Source: Amoeboaphelidium protococcarum X5
Lineage: Eukaryota > Fungi > Aphelidiomycota
Length of the DNA: 64,000 bases
Direction: 5' to 3'
Assembly: GCA_023515725.1 (NCBI GenBank)
Contig: JALDTO010000206.1
Span: 62,001-126,000 of the forward strand
The number at the start of each line of letters is the position of its first letter. Position 1 is the first letter of the stretch. The notes below the pieces were generated by a model that ran no database searches, had not been told where the DNA came from, and saw only the letters and a list, made by a program, of their open reading frames with translations. Below are positions 51,950-64,000 of the stretch, piece after piece. A program made the position numbers and the translations under genes.

Positions 51950-53218
51950 ATGGATCAATAATTAATAAGAGATTTGACCAAGTTTGTATCTAAATGTTTA
52001 CTTAAGGAGAAAGAGTATGAAGATGAAGTGGAGTTGAATACTAAGAATGGCAAGCGATGGGCAATATAACCTCAAGTGATGGAGCATCTCAAGGCGGAGG
52101 CGCGTAAACTAGATCTATGGAACTTGTTCATTCATAAAAAGTATTCACAGTAGCTGTAGACACTTGGGATTTCTTAAAAGTATACTTTAACTCATGAATA
52201 ATACGCCCAAGTGTGTGAGATTATTGGAAGATCATTCCTCGCTCCAGAAGCCACTAATACGAATGCTCCAGACAGTGGCAACATTGAGGTACTGCTCAAG
52301 TATGCGTCTGATAGCTAGAAGTAATAGTACCTCGTTCCATTATTGCGCGGTGAGATTAGAAGTGCTTTCGCAATGACAGAGCCTCAAGTTGCATCCAGTG
52401 ACGCGCTGAATATCGCATGTACTCTGAGTAGAAAGTCATCGGATGGTGGGAATCAGATGGTGTTGAATGGCAGGAAATGGTGGATTTCTAATGGCGGACA
52501 TCCTAATCTGCGTGTATTACTAGTGCTCTGCTTGGATCAGACTATAACAGGTGGTGCTGCCAGACATCGCCGTCATACCATTGTTCTCATTCCCAAAGAT
52601 GCTCCCGGTATCCGCTTCATTCGGCCAATGTGTGTATTCGGTCACGATGATGCAGTTGAGGGTCATTGGGAGATTGAGTTTGATAATGTCCCGGTCAGGT
52701 AGGAAGATGTAATATACAAGTAAGGTGCCGGATTTGAGATCATCTAATCCAGACTCGGCGGTGGTAGAATTCACCATTGTATGCGTGCCATTGGAATGGC
52801 TGAACGTGCAATGGAGGCTATGATTCTTCGTGCCAATGAACGTGTGGCATTTGGAAAGAAGCTTATAGAGAACGCTGTGGTCATCCATCAAATAGCTTAG
52901 TGTAGAATCTAGATCAACTAAGCTAGACTGTCAGTACTACATGCTGCATCTCTATTGGATTAGAATGATTTGAAACAAGTATATGTACATGTCGGCATAA
53001 TAAAGGCAAGTGTCCCCCAGATTTTATGTAATGTCATTGATCAGGCTATTTAGATTCATGGTGGTATGGGACTCTCGCAAGATACATTTCTGGCCAGGGC
53101 GTATGTATTAGCGCGTTCACTTCGCATTGCTGATGGTCCCGATGATGTTCACCTTAATCAAGTTGGAAGAACTGAGATTAAGCGTACGTTACTTCGCCTT
53201 TAATAATCTAAATTATGA
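51950..53218 (+). CDS. Peroxisomal acyl-CoA dehydrogenase (ACAD10/11-like)
   Basis: [57 protein letters not shown]; C-terminal PTS1 SKL then TGA. Confidence 0.93.
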
Positions 53219-53422
53219 ATTTTTGAATATTTAATGAAACTATATATAGTGCTTGTAAATTATATTTTATTTTGGCATATAGTTTAATAGAAGGAGAGAC
53301 AGCTCAATGTTGAAAAAATCGACCGTGCCGTGGGAAGCTTTCCTGTTCTCTCTACTCTTGCTTGGTTTGTTTCTACCATATACAGTAGATTAATCATCAT
53401 CGTAGCTTGAGGTCAAGTAGAA

Positions 53423-54952
53423 ATGCTCAAGTTAATCAGATAAAGGAGATATTTGAGTAAAGTGTATGGATCTGCTAGCGAGGCTATTAGCGATATTAAA
53501 TCCAAGTAGAAACTCTTAGTGGGTGGGTTTGGTTTGTGTGGAATCCCGGAGAATCTTATCAAGGCATTGAATGCCCGCCCAACAGTAAATCAGCTCACAG
53601 TAGTCTCGAATAATGCTGGAGTAGATGATGCTGGTATTGGATTACTACTGAAAAAGCAGCAGATCAAGCGAATGATAAGTTCTTATGTGGGGGAGAATAA
53701 AGAGTTTGAGCGGTAGTACTTATCTGGGGAATTAGAAGTTGAACTAATACCGCAAGGTTCGCTGGCTGAAAAGTTGAGATGCGGAGGCCACGGCATACCG
53801 GCATTCTATACAGCTACTGGAGTTGGAACATATATTCATCATGGTAAGGTGCCGATCAAGTATGACCTTAGCGGAAAGGTGATTGAGTATAGTTAGAAAC
53901 GAGAGAGCCGTTAGTTCAATGGAAAAGAGTACATTATGGAGGATGCCATTAGGGGAGATTATGCCCTGATTAAAGCATGGAAGGGCGATGAAGCAGGTAA
54001 TCTGGTTTTCAGAGGCTCGGCGCTTAATTTTAATGCAATCTGTGCCAAGGCTGCGGATATATGCATCGCTGAAGTTGAAGAGATTGTACCTGTTGGCCAG
54101 TTGGATCCGGCAGAAATTCATCTACCTGGTATCTATGTGCATAGATTGGTAAAGGGCGAGTAGTATGAGAAGCGGATTGAGCGTCTGACTCTGAGCGATC
54201 CAAGTGGCAAAGTGTCTATCAAAAAGCAAACTATCAAGTCTTCAGGTAAGAATGATGCCGAGAGTAAGAGAATAGCTATTGCCAAGAAGGCTGCTGAAGA
54301 GTTTCAGGATGGCATGTATGTGAACTTGGGTATCGGTCTACCTATGCTATCATCCAACTTTATTAAAGACGGCGTTAATGTTGTACTTTAGTCTGAGAAT
54401 GGTATACTCGGCTTGGGCAAGTATCCTGTGAAAGGGTAGGAGGATGCCGATTTTATTAATGCCGGTAAGGAGACTGTCACCCTGATACCAGGTGCATCTC
54501 TATTTGGCAGCGATGAAAGTTTCGGCATGATCAGGCGTGGTAGAATAGACTTGACCATTCTGGGGGCCATGCAAGTATCGTAGAATGGCGACTTGGCCAA
54601 CTGGATGATCCCACGTAAAATGGTGAAAGGTATTGGCGGTGCGATGGATTTGGTGACGCGTAATGGTCGCACCAAGGTCATTGTTATCATGGAGCATGTG
54701 GCTAAGAATGGCAGTGCCAAAGTTTTGAAGTAATGCTCACTCCCTCTGACTGGCATCGGATGTATCGACAAAATCATCACGGACATGTGTGTATTTGAAG
54801 TAGATCATAATACTACCAATGGTGGTAATGACGGAAGTAAATTGATCCTGACAGAAATTGCCAGTGGGTTGAGTGTAGAAGATGTTAAAAAGGCTACGGA
54901 ATGTGATTTCAAAATTGCGGACAATCTTAAAGAGTGGCAATAGTCTAAATGA
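53423..54952 (+). CDS. OXCT1: Succinyl-CoA:3-ketoacid CoA transferase (SCOT)
   Basis: [54 protein letters not shown]. Confidence 0.95.
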
Positions 54953-55225
54953 ATCTTTACTTACTATTTATTATGATTACATTCGTGTTCTCCTAATTGA
55001 ATATTCACTTTTTAAAAATATTACTCTTGATGATTTGACCATTCAAAGTCAAGGGGCTCTTTTAACCGTTCTGTAATCTTTTACTTAGAGCAGAGCTATA
55101 ACACGAGTTCTTTAATAGCGATTATAATAATAAAACGTAATTTAACTGCATTTTACATGGCTATTAGTTCTATAAGATACGTGATTTATCTTCTGTTGAC
55201 AGTGTACGTTTTGATATAATTTAAG

Positions 55226-55591
55226 ATGATTGACATTGCATGGGTAAAGTCTTTGATTAATGGTAGTGGTTCTGCGGTTGCATCCAACAGATTGTGCTTG
55301 AACATCGAAGGCTTTAACGGCTGCGGTTATTTCAACGCTGCCAAAGCTCTAGGTGAGAAGATTGATTCTACCCACGCTGCAGATGGTCGTGAGATTAAAG
55401 TCTATCCTACTGGACACGAGCGTTCTTAGTGGACAAGCAAGCGCGTACCTGAACTGCAGAAGTTGATTCCTGGTGCTGGCAGTCATCGCACATCACCTTT
55501 TGTCTATGAGGGATGCTCAACATCTGAATACAAGTTTGTCGGAGGTTATACTGAATTCTCTAGAAAGTACAGCTAGAAAGTTGATAATTGA
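55226..55591 (+). CDS. Glutaredoxin/thioredoxin-fold small protein
   Basis: GCGYF..A motif, TSPFV (cis-Pro-like) and FVGGY; 121 aa under table 6. Confidence 0.6.
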
Positions 55592-55701
55592 TTAATACCA
55601 AATGAAAGGAGCGTGATAATGCGAGATAATATAAAGAGGGCATTGTATGAAATACTTTTATTATATTGTGGGATGTAATACTTTTCAACTCGGATGTTCA
55701 A

Positions 55702-58047
55702 TCAATCATCCTAATCGCTCTTAGTCTAACTCTACTACTACTACTTCTTATCTTTATCTTTATTACCGCTGTGTCGACTCTCCACTGAATCTCTCTATGC
55801 GTTAGGCACCTACTTCAAAGTATCTTCGTACTGATGCTTCTCTGCAAATGGACGCGGACCTAGGAGTTCGAACATATCCTCTCTGTTCAGCACCTCCTTC
55901 TACAGCAATCGCTCTGCAACCTTCTCAATGTCACTCTTCTTCTCAGTGAGTAATTACTTCGTCCTTAACAGCGCCTAACTGATCAACTTACGCGCCTCTT
56001 CATCAATCATGCGACCAGTCTCCTCACTGTATGGCTTTTAAAATCGCTAGTCATTGTCCTGAGGATTACCATAACTCACGGCGCCGACTTTTTCGTTCAT
56101 ACCATACGTGACAATCTGAGCATAAGCCATCTTGGTCACCTTGTCTAGATCATCCTGAGCTCCTGTGGTTACACTCTCAAAGAATATGCTCTCACTTACA
56201 CGGCCTCCCAAAGTCATACACATCCTATCCAGCAATTGATTGGTACTGAGTAGATACTAGTCTTTAGGTAGGTATTGAGCGTAACCAAGCGCTGCCACAC
56301 CGCGAGGTATAATAGACACCTTCAGGAGAGGATCTGCATACTTAAGATACCATCCAGCCACAGCGTGACCAGCCTCGTGATATGCCACAGTCTTCTTCTC
56401 CTCAGGGGATAATACTCTGGATTTCTTCTCCAATCCGGCTATAACTCTTTCTATAGCCTGCTCAAAATGCTTCTCCTCCACATGATCTTGATTGAATCTG
56501 GCAGCGATTAGTGCGCTCTCATTACACACGTTGGCAATATCAGCTCCACTAAACCCGGCAGTCAACACAGCCAACTTCTAAGATAGTGCATCAAGATCAA
56601 GGTCGGTTTTAATAGGCTTCAGATGAACTTTGAAAATCTCCGCTCTTCCCTTCACATCCGGCTTATCAATAGTGATATGTCTATCGAATCGCCCGGCTCT
56701 AGTCAATGCAGGATCTAAAATATCAGGTCTATTAGTACCAGCCATCACCACCACATGTTCAGAACTAGTGAATCCGTCCATTTCCACCAGCAGCTGATTC
56801 AACGTCGACTCGCGTTCATCATGCGAAGATGCCATATTGCCTTTACCTCTAGCCTTACCAATGGCGTCAATCTCATCAATGAATATGATGCACGGGGCCA
56901 TTTTGCGAGCAGTAGAAAACAGATCACGAACACGGGAACTACCAACTCCGACAAACATCTCGATAAATTCACTTCCACTAACACTCAGAAATGGAACACC
57001 AGCCTCGCCAGCAGTAGCCTTTGCAATCAGCGTCTTACCACAACCAGGACTTCCAGACAATATGGCACCCTTTGGTATCTTGGCGCCCAATTTCTCATAC
57101 TTGGCAGGATTCTTCAAGAATTTGACAAACTCCATAATCTCCTCCTTGGCCTCATCCATACCAGCAACATCCTTGAATTTAACCTTCACATCGGTCTCCT
57201 AGTTGAACAGGCGCGCCTTACTCTTTCCAATTCCAAATATTCCACCACTAGGTCCTTTCCCGCCACCAGTCATGCCCATCAGAGATCTATTAAAATAGAT
57301 CATTGCTCCAACTAGAATCAACGTAGGAAGTAAAGTATAGACAAGCGATGATGCAGACACATTACGCTCATAATAGAGAGGGATACGTTCTCCATCTGGA
57401 ATGCCCATCTGTGCCTGAATGTTATCGATCTTGTCTTCAAACTTCTCAGGTGATGATATTTCAAACTGATACTTTGGTGTTCGTGTAATACTTTAAGTTC
57501 CATTACTAAAAGACACGTTCTTATCATTGCGGGTGTACACTTTCACTGTGGTATTGTTCACAATGGACAAGTGATCAACCTCTCCCTTGCGCAGTAGAGA
57601 GTTGACAAACTCTTGGAACGTGATTTACTTAGCATTACCACCAGCCGCAGAACTAAGAAGAAAATATAAACTCGTAGCTAGGAATGCCATACCCAATACT
57701 GACGCGTTATTAGGAGTCTATGGATCTTGTTAGCCAGGTGACTTTTTATCACCTCCACCAGATTGAGAATTCTTCTACTACTAGCCACCGCCATTCTTCT
57801 ATTACTAAGCCTACTTGTTCTACTATGAATTCTTTCCAGATAGACCAAACCACTGCTCAAATTCTTTAATTATCGGATCTTTATCAGGCTCATTCTTCTG
57901 GCTCTTGTTACCACTGCTACTGTTGTTCCTATGCTGCCTCATCAACAATCTCGGCGTGTAGAACGTTCTTCTCCACAGAGAGACTCTTTACACGTTCCTA
58001 GATGCAGATACAAGCGGCATATGTCTAAATTGTAAAAATGCGCTCAT
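55702..58047 (-). CDS. Mitochondrial m-AAA protease subunit (AFG3/YTA12 family)
   Basis: [61 protein letters not shown]. Confidence 0.95.
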
Positions 58048-58348
58048 GATACGCCTTCAATATATACTCGATATTATATAGCTAAACAAACGTAGCCAAG
58101 ATCAATAAAATATGAAGAGTTTAGAGTTCTGCAAAGAGATAAAGAAACACGAAAAGATTCCTCGATTGATGACGTTCTCCTTCATTGTCGCTCACTCGCT
58201 CTTGATGATCAACGCTAATGCTTAGTAATAGATAGTTATTCCCTGATATTCGATTCCATTCTTATTTAAAAAATTCAAGAGGAAATGAAAACGCACTATA
58301 TTGGCATAGCTGAACAGTGTATTTATAACTTATATCAAGTCATTTTAT

Positions 58349-60235
58349 TCATTTCAAGTTATATGCAGAAAGTCTCTTCTAGCTGATTTTAGAGTCGTTG
58401 TTCGCCGATGCTGATACAGGCTCGCTATCACGAACAACTTCCAAGTGGGATAAATCTTTTGAGCGCTTCTTTTTATCAGACTGAGAGCCACCTTGAGACT
58501 TTTACTATTTCTACTTCTCTTCCAGTCGCTCCTGCAATTTTCGCCTAAACTCTTTGACTTTATGCTTGGATTTACGCTTAAAGCGACGCTGCCACTTGTA
58601 AAATCTCTCATCAGCTCTGTATGGAGCCAATTTCTTCAGTGAGACAAAATCATTGAGAATATCATCATCTGCCTCCAATATTTCCGATGCATCCAGACCA
58701 TAAGTGTCTTGATCTACTTGTTTGTACTTAAAACGCGTCTTTAAACCGCCTTTGATGTCTTCATAATAAAGATCATCGTACTCTTTAAGCAAGTCTCGCA
58801 ACTTTTAAGTGGCCGCATCATCCTCAACTTCACCACTGGCATTATCAGTAACGATGCTCTCCTGTTCAACATCCAACGTGCGCTTTTTGTGAGATGAGGC
58901 AACCGGTTAAGAATTCTCCATATGGTCGGCATCCATGTCAATATCAGACTCATCACTAAAGTCTGGTCGCGACTTGTCAACTTGTTCATAGTATTCGTCA
59001 TCAAACACCTCAGACATGAGCTGACTGAACTTATCAGGATTGAATTCAGATTCGCCATCATCTAACAACTTTTCAATCACCTTCTGCACCTTCTTATCGT
59101 ATCGCTTCTTCTATTCTTTATCAAGGCCAGAAATCTTGAGTACCTGCTGACACATTTCCTCCATCTCTTTACGCTTCAGTTACTTTAATCTCTTCAGCTC
59201 ATTCATCTTCAACTCTTTTTCAATCCTCATTCGCTCCTCTTTCGCACGGCGCTAATCTGCTCTATGACTGTCCACCTTACGCACAGACTCTGGTTACTAT
59301 CTGGCATAAGTGTTTACCAAAGCCTTACCAGTTTGAGTGTACGATGAGCCGACAACTCCCATCTTCTATTCCAACTCTTCAAATCTGAAATTGAATTTAG
59401 TCTCAAATTCCTCATCCTGCTCATCTCTTTCAAAGTCCTCCTCGTCCTGCTCAGTAAGCGCAAGATACTTTGGCGTCTATCTGCGGTCAGACTTCTCTTC
59501 CCATCCCTTGTTGAAGACATAATCCAGCAGGAACTAATCATCTTCATCCGCAGCCTTCTTCTCTCCACCACCACCGGCTAGATAATTATTGAATACTTTC
59601 TACGCGTTCTTATCATCCTTGATCTTGTCCAGCACCCAATCATTGTACTGATCATCTTCTTACTGAGTCTATTCAACAGATTTCGATTTGACTACGAGCA
59701 GATCATCCTCAGGATCTTCCACTGCAATTGCTCGAATCAAATTCTGTTTAATCTATCTCTACTCTTGTTCATGGGTAATAATGACTTATTCAGGACTATC
59801 ATCCAGTTCACCACGTAATAAACGTTCCTTATGGTAATCTGCCAATAACAGCGGCTTCTATTTACTGGCGGGGGTATCAGCGTTCGATGCATCAACATTC
59901 GCCGCAGACTGAAATTAAAAGAACTGATGAGATGGATCATAAATGGCAGAGTCGCGCGTTCTAATCGCAGCAATAGTCTTCAATACCTGAGCCTCTTGAT
60001 CAGCAGTTATTTCCATCGCGTCGTCATCCTCATCCTCATCTTCGCTGCTACTATCGTTGCTATCACCATCGCCCAGTTGATATTGATCATCTCCGCTGCC
60101 GTACTTGTCTTTCAATCTGTGCAACTCCTCTCGCTACTTATTGTAATTAAATCTCTTGGCATAATCCTCATTAACATTCAATATGGCGCCATGCTATGAA
60201 CCAGCGACATCTTCATCTTTATCAAATAACTCCAT
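58349..60235 (-). CDS. KRI1: Ribosome biogenesis protein Kri1
   Basis: NEDYAKRF..REELHRLKDKYG, FLLDYVFNKGW, FNFRFEE, TYAR..ESVR, TRFKYKQV, FVSLKKLAPYR. Confidence 0.92.
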
Positions 60236-60446
60236 TTTATTTATATTAGACTTCAGGATATCTAAAAATGAAGTTTTGCTTTATTTTCACCAGTGTGCTG
60301 ATAGTAATAAGGCCTAAGCGAACAGATCAGAAGATTTAAAATTCAGGAGGCTCGGCATGTTTTCAATGACTGAGAGCTTCTAAAGTGAAAGATCACAATC
60401 TTTTTCTGATAAAAAAAGCTGTTAGAATAATATTGATGATATTATA

Positions 60447-61745
60447 ATGATTTAAAAGCTAGTATATCTATTTGCTATTAATTGTGCGTATGTGCTGGCC
60501 ATAGATTTTAGAGTTATTAATCCATTGAAGAATTCCTAGTGGATCAGTGGATCAATGATGGACATCAGGTGGAAAATGGACAATGTCAGTCTGCCGTATG
60601 ATGGTGTACGCGTCAAAATCGATATGTATAAGTATGTTTATGGATCGCGGTCCTTCATGCGGACTATCGTATCTGCAGCGGAGAACAATGGACTTTATGA
60701 ATGGCCCGTGGTAAATGATGCCACTGATACTGACACCTTTGAGATTGTAATATCATCATCATCATCAAATTCTGAAGGTGAACATCGACCAGGAGTCAGT
60801 GGATATTTTAAATCAGTCTAGCCATCGCCAGCTAATATCGCTATTAATATCGATTCACCTTAGGTGTAGAGCACGTTCTATTCGGGCCAGAAGGTGAATA
60901 TTGGCTGGTCTAAATTGTATCCGTTGCCTGATTTCCAGTATGGACTGTATGCCGATCTTATGCTGGACTCTCGATCAGTTGCAAGTGTCGCGCGTAATGT
61001 CTCGGCTTAATCTGATTCTGGAATCATCGAATGGACTGTGGGCGACGATTATCCTCTATCTACATCCACATAATCATCTGATCTTCTTAATAATCAATAA
61101 GGCGGAGAATTCGTGTTCACTGGCAAGTTGATGCTCTGGGGATTCGATGTGCGAAATGATAAGATTGTGTATGGCACTCAAGGTCCAATTTATGTTGATT
61201 ATACAGACAAAATACCACTGGCTATATCTTTTGTGTCCATTAACTAAGGCGATTTCTGGTATTTGGGAGCTAAGGTGACTATCGTCTTGTAATTGGCAGA
61301 GAAGGAGCGAGCTAAAGCGGTGCAGCGCGATGTAAAGATTGAACTTGGACTTTACAATAATGACAATGAACGCGTCGATTGGATTCTATAACCTGGCTCT
61401 CTCATTAAAGAATCCGAATGGAAGGCTGGTTCTGCTTTTATCAGTTATGTTGTTCCTGAGGGCATCAAGTTAGAGTCTCTGCAATCATTGGTCATTGATT
61501 CTAATAAGCAATAGCATACATTTAGTGACGAGAAAAAGCCAAAGACATTCTATCTGCATTTTGATGCTGAATATGCGGCTAAAGAGCCTGGTAAATGGTT
61601 TAGAATTGATGGTAATAGTCCCGTGTTCAATCTCAAACCATTGTAGAAAGAGCGAGGACCTGGCGGTGCTGCATCATCACTGTAGTTATCCGCTCTTTCC
61701 AACGTTGTATGCATTCTCTCTGTACTCTTATATATATTGGTTTGA
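60447..61745 (+). CDS. Secreted, probably GPI-anchored protein with repeated beta-sandwich domains
   Basis: Signal-like MIQKLVYLFAINCAYVLA; repeats 'P..W.SG..I.W..NNGLYEW.V' and 'P..FYSG..V.I.W..GIIEWTV'; hydrophobic C-terminal tail. Confidence 0.75.
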
Positions 61746-61980
61746 TTTTTGACTAAATACAAGTATCCTTATCTTTATTCTTGAGTTTCTCTATCATCAT
61801 CTAGTCCTTAGTAATCCTTGAGCAGTCAGCTCCTTGTCATGAGGCGTTCAGTTCTAAACTGTTTGATCAGGGGCCAGTTGAACTCATAATTGCTCCCAAA
61901 CTTGCGATTAATCTTCGTATTGGCTGTAAGCATTCTATTTAATCTATTAGAGTGTAAAATACTCAGCCATCATTTATAGA

Positions 61981-63306
61981 ATGAAAGTGCTCACTCTGCC
62001 TTGCGACGTATCTGAGGATATTTTTCAGTAGATACCATCTTGCCATTCTGCTAGGCGGATTACTGTCATGGAGCTGATTGATAGTGCCGATAGTAATAAT
62101 AACAGCAGCAACTAAATCTAAAAGTCAAGTAAATTGAGTCTGAGGTATGCAAATGCTAGATTTGATGAAATTTCTGTATCTGACGCCTAGCTGCTTCTTC
62201 ATAGATAACGTGCTTCGAGCAGTGGTGATGGCGAGTAAGATGTGGTTGGAATTTTAGTATTACATCTCCCTGATGGCGTACCGCAGTCTGTAAAATTTCA
62301 TTACGCGTCCGTGCTCCCTAATATAGCCAAGGCATTTGGAGTATATAGAGCCAAGACTATCACGTCGCTTGAAGATTTACCCAGTCAATTGGATATCCCA
62401 TCTGATTTAGACTTGCACAATGCACTGTCAGAGAGTGAACGCGTGCGATTGTCAGCTCTTAAGGCAGTCGAGCAGGAGCGCGAAGAGTTGATTAAAATGC
62501 ACACTCAAGACAAGATGACTGAGGCTGCAAAGAGTGGCGGCTTCCATTCTATTGATTTGCAGTGGAATTCTGAAATCTAGTCATCCCTGAAGGACTTGTT
62601 TAAGGGTTATCCGTTGGAAGATGATCAAGATCTATTCGCCTTTATTAAATCGATGAATTTGGTGAACAACTACGGCTATCCTAGAATGGTAAAGTATGTG
62701 CAATTCTTTATATCCGGAGATGAGCAGCAAATGAATAGCACTGCCGTAAAGTCGCTCATGTCAAACTAGCATATTCCACTCACTCTGTGTCCACTGGACT
62801 CGCCACGCCTCATCATCTTGGCGTACCCGCTGGTTGTGAAAGACAATATCGCTGCAATCAGGCGTGTTCTTGTGCACTGGATACCTGATGGCGCCGATCC
62901 ACGCGTGAAAATGATTTACAGCTCTGCCAAGCCATAGTTTAAGCGCAATGTTTTGTCATTAATGGAAGCGCAGTAGATCAACTTTGATGAATAGTTGAGC
63001 CTGTCCAATGACGATTTGTATCATAAGGCTGAAGATTTGAATGCGTCATTAGGTGAATAGAAGTAAGAAAACGCCGATCCGTAACATGAAGTCACCCTTG
63101 AATCAAGCGGCGGCGATGATGTTAAAGATGGCAAGTTTATGACAGTCCTGGAACTATTGCGAATGGTTGAAGAGAGCATCGAGATGAGAGTGGCTGAGCG
63201 GAGACGCGAGAATGAAACGCTGAAATTGAAAAAGAGTTTGCCTCCCAGGCCGAGACAGACGCGTAATCCTTCCTCTGCATTGCATCAAAGAGTGATGTGG
63301 AGTTGA
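61981..63306 (+). CDS. Twinfilin-like protein (two ADF-H domains), divergent
   Basis: LHLPDG..VKFHYAS, linker ALSESE, second domain HWIPDG..RVKMIYSSAK, basic C-tail. Family call tentative. Confidence 0.55.
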
Positions 63307-63645
63307 ACCTATTGTGAGTGTGTGATCTCTTGCCTAGTGTGTAAGTTCGTTTGGAAATACATTTATTCTTTGTATACAGTGCATTGTCTTCAGTAATTAT
63401 TTGTCTTTTAGTTTCTACCGAGCAGCACTTTTGATAAAGTAGGGAAAGGAAGAATCAAGAACTTTGAGGCCTCACAAAACTTCTTTTTTAAAGAGTAATC
63501 ACTAACGCTGAATCCGACTGTCGTTCGAGATATGCACTTTCGGCGCCGCGATATATGGTCTAAGATAAAAATAAAATTGTAAATAAAGCCCAATAGAAAA
63601 CACGAATTATGCAAAGACGACTATATAAACTTTAATTAGTAGAAA

Positions 63646-63930
63646 TCACTTTCTCCAGTCGTTCCACATGTCTTTCCAACTGACACGACCCATTCTGATG
63701 GCGTTGATGTTCTCTTCCCTGAATCCATCCAGCCAACTTACGCCCCACTCATTAGTATAGTACAGATATGCAGGAAATGCACCATACAATATTACCAACC
63801 ACTTCAAATTATACGAATTTATCCTAAACTAACCAAACTGACCCAAGTATCTCTAATAGACCCATCGATCAATTGCAGGATCCTTCTTCAGGACCGTATT
63901 GTACTTGTGATCAAAAGTGTGCAATGGCAT
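63646..63930 (-). CDS. Complex I accessory subunit, NDUFB4/B15-like
   Basis: 94 aa; DPAIDRW..R..FR followed by a single TM ending GAFPAYLYY. Confidence 0.6.
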
Positions 63931-64000
63931 ACTGAGGTTAAATTCAAAGTAATTCTCTAATTAATGTAGTACAGCACTGTTAATTAATAATTAGGCAAAG

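Noticed and set aside
51950-54952. ACAD-SCOT (and PAN6-URA3) adjacency as metabolic gene clusters
   Set aside because: Different compartments or pathways; adjacency is expected by chance in so compact a genome.
56755-57315. + strand ORFs of 121-186 aa
   Set aside because: Antisense shadows of the m-AAA protease gene.
1-64000. Mass pseudogenisation or many tiny introns explaining the fragmented ORF track
   Set aside because: The interruptions are in-frame TAA/TAG at Gln positions in essential genes with no frame change. A code reassignment explains them.
1-64000. CRISPR arrays, tRNA or rRNA genes
   Set aside because: No repeat-spacer array, cloverleaf or rRNA signature recognised.

Overview
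This is gene-dense eukaryotic nuclear DNA, not prokaryotic. It uses a variant genetic code: TAA/TAG encode Gln and only TGA terminates (translation table 6). This is why the supplied standard-code ORF track is fragmented. Re-read by hand with table 6, the window resolves into about 35 mostly intron-free genes of fungal/opisthokont type, including PIM1, PEX19, TIM23, TUM1, NMD5, PAN6, URA3, cactin, ACAD, SCOT, an m-AAA protease and KRI1. Fungus-like content plus TAR=Gln best fits the aphelid algal parasitoid Amoeboaphelidium protococcarum or a relative (inference). Notable accessory content: (1) a tandem triad of signal-peptide-bearing, DYRK-derived non-RD protein kinases, candidate secreted effectors; (2) an inverted pair of ABCB transporters with near-identical NBD1 but divergent membrane domains, one lacking the NBD2 switch His; (3) a ~360-nt densely base-paired GC-rich element directly ahead of an orphan ORF; (4) an apparently intact KDZ transposase abutting a frameshifted, truncated receptor-like kinase; (5) a secreted GH5 glycosidase. 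All coordinates come from manual translation, and family calls come from recognised motifs, not database searches.
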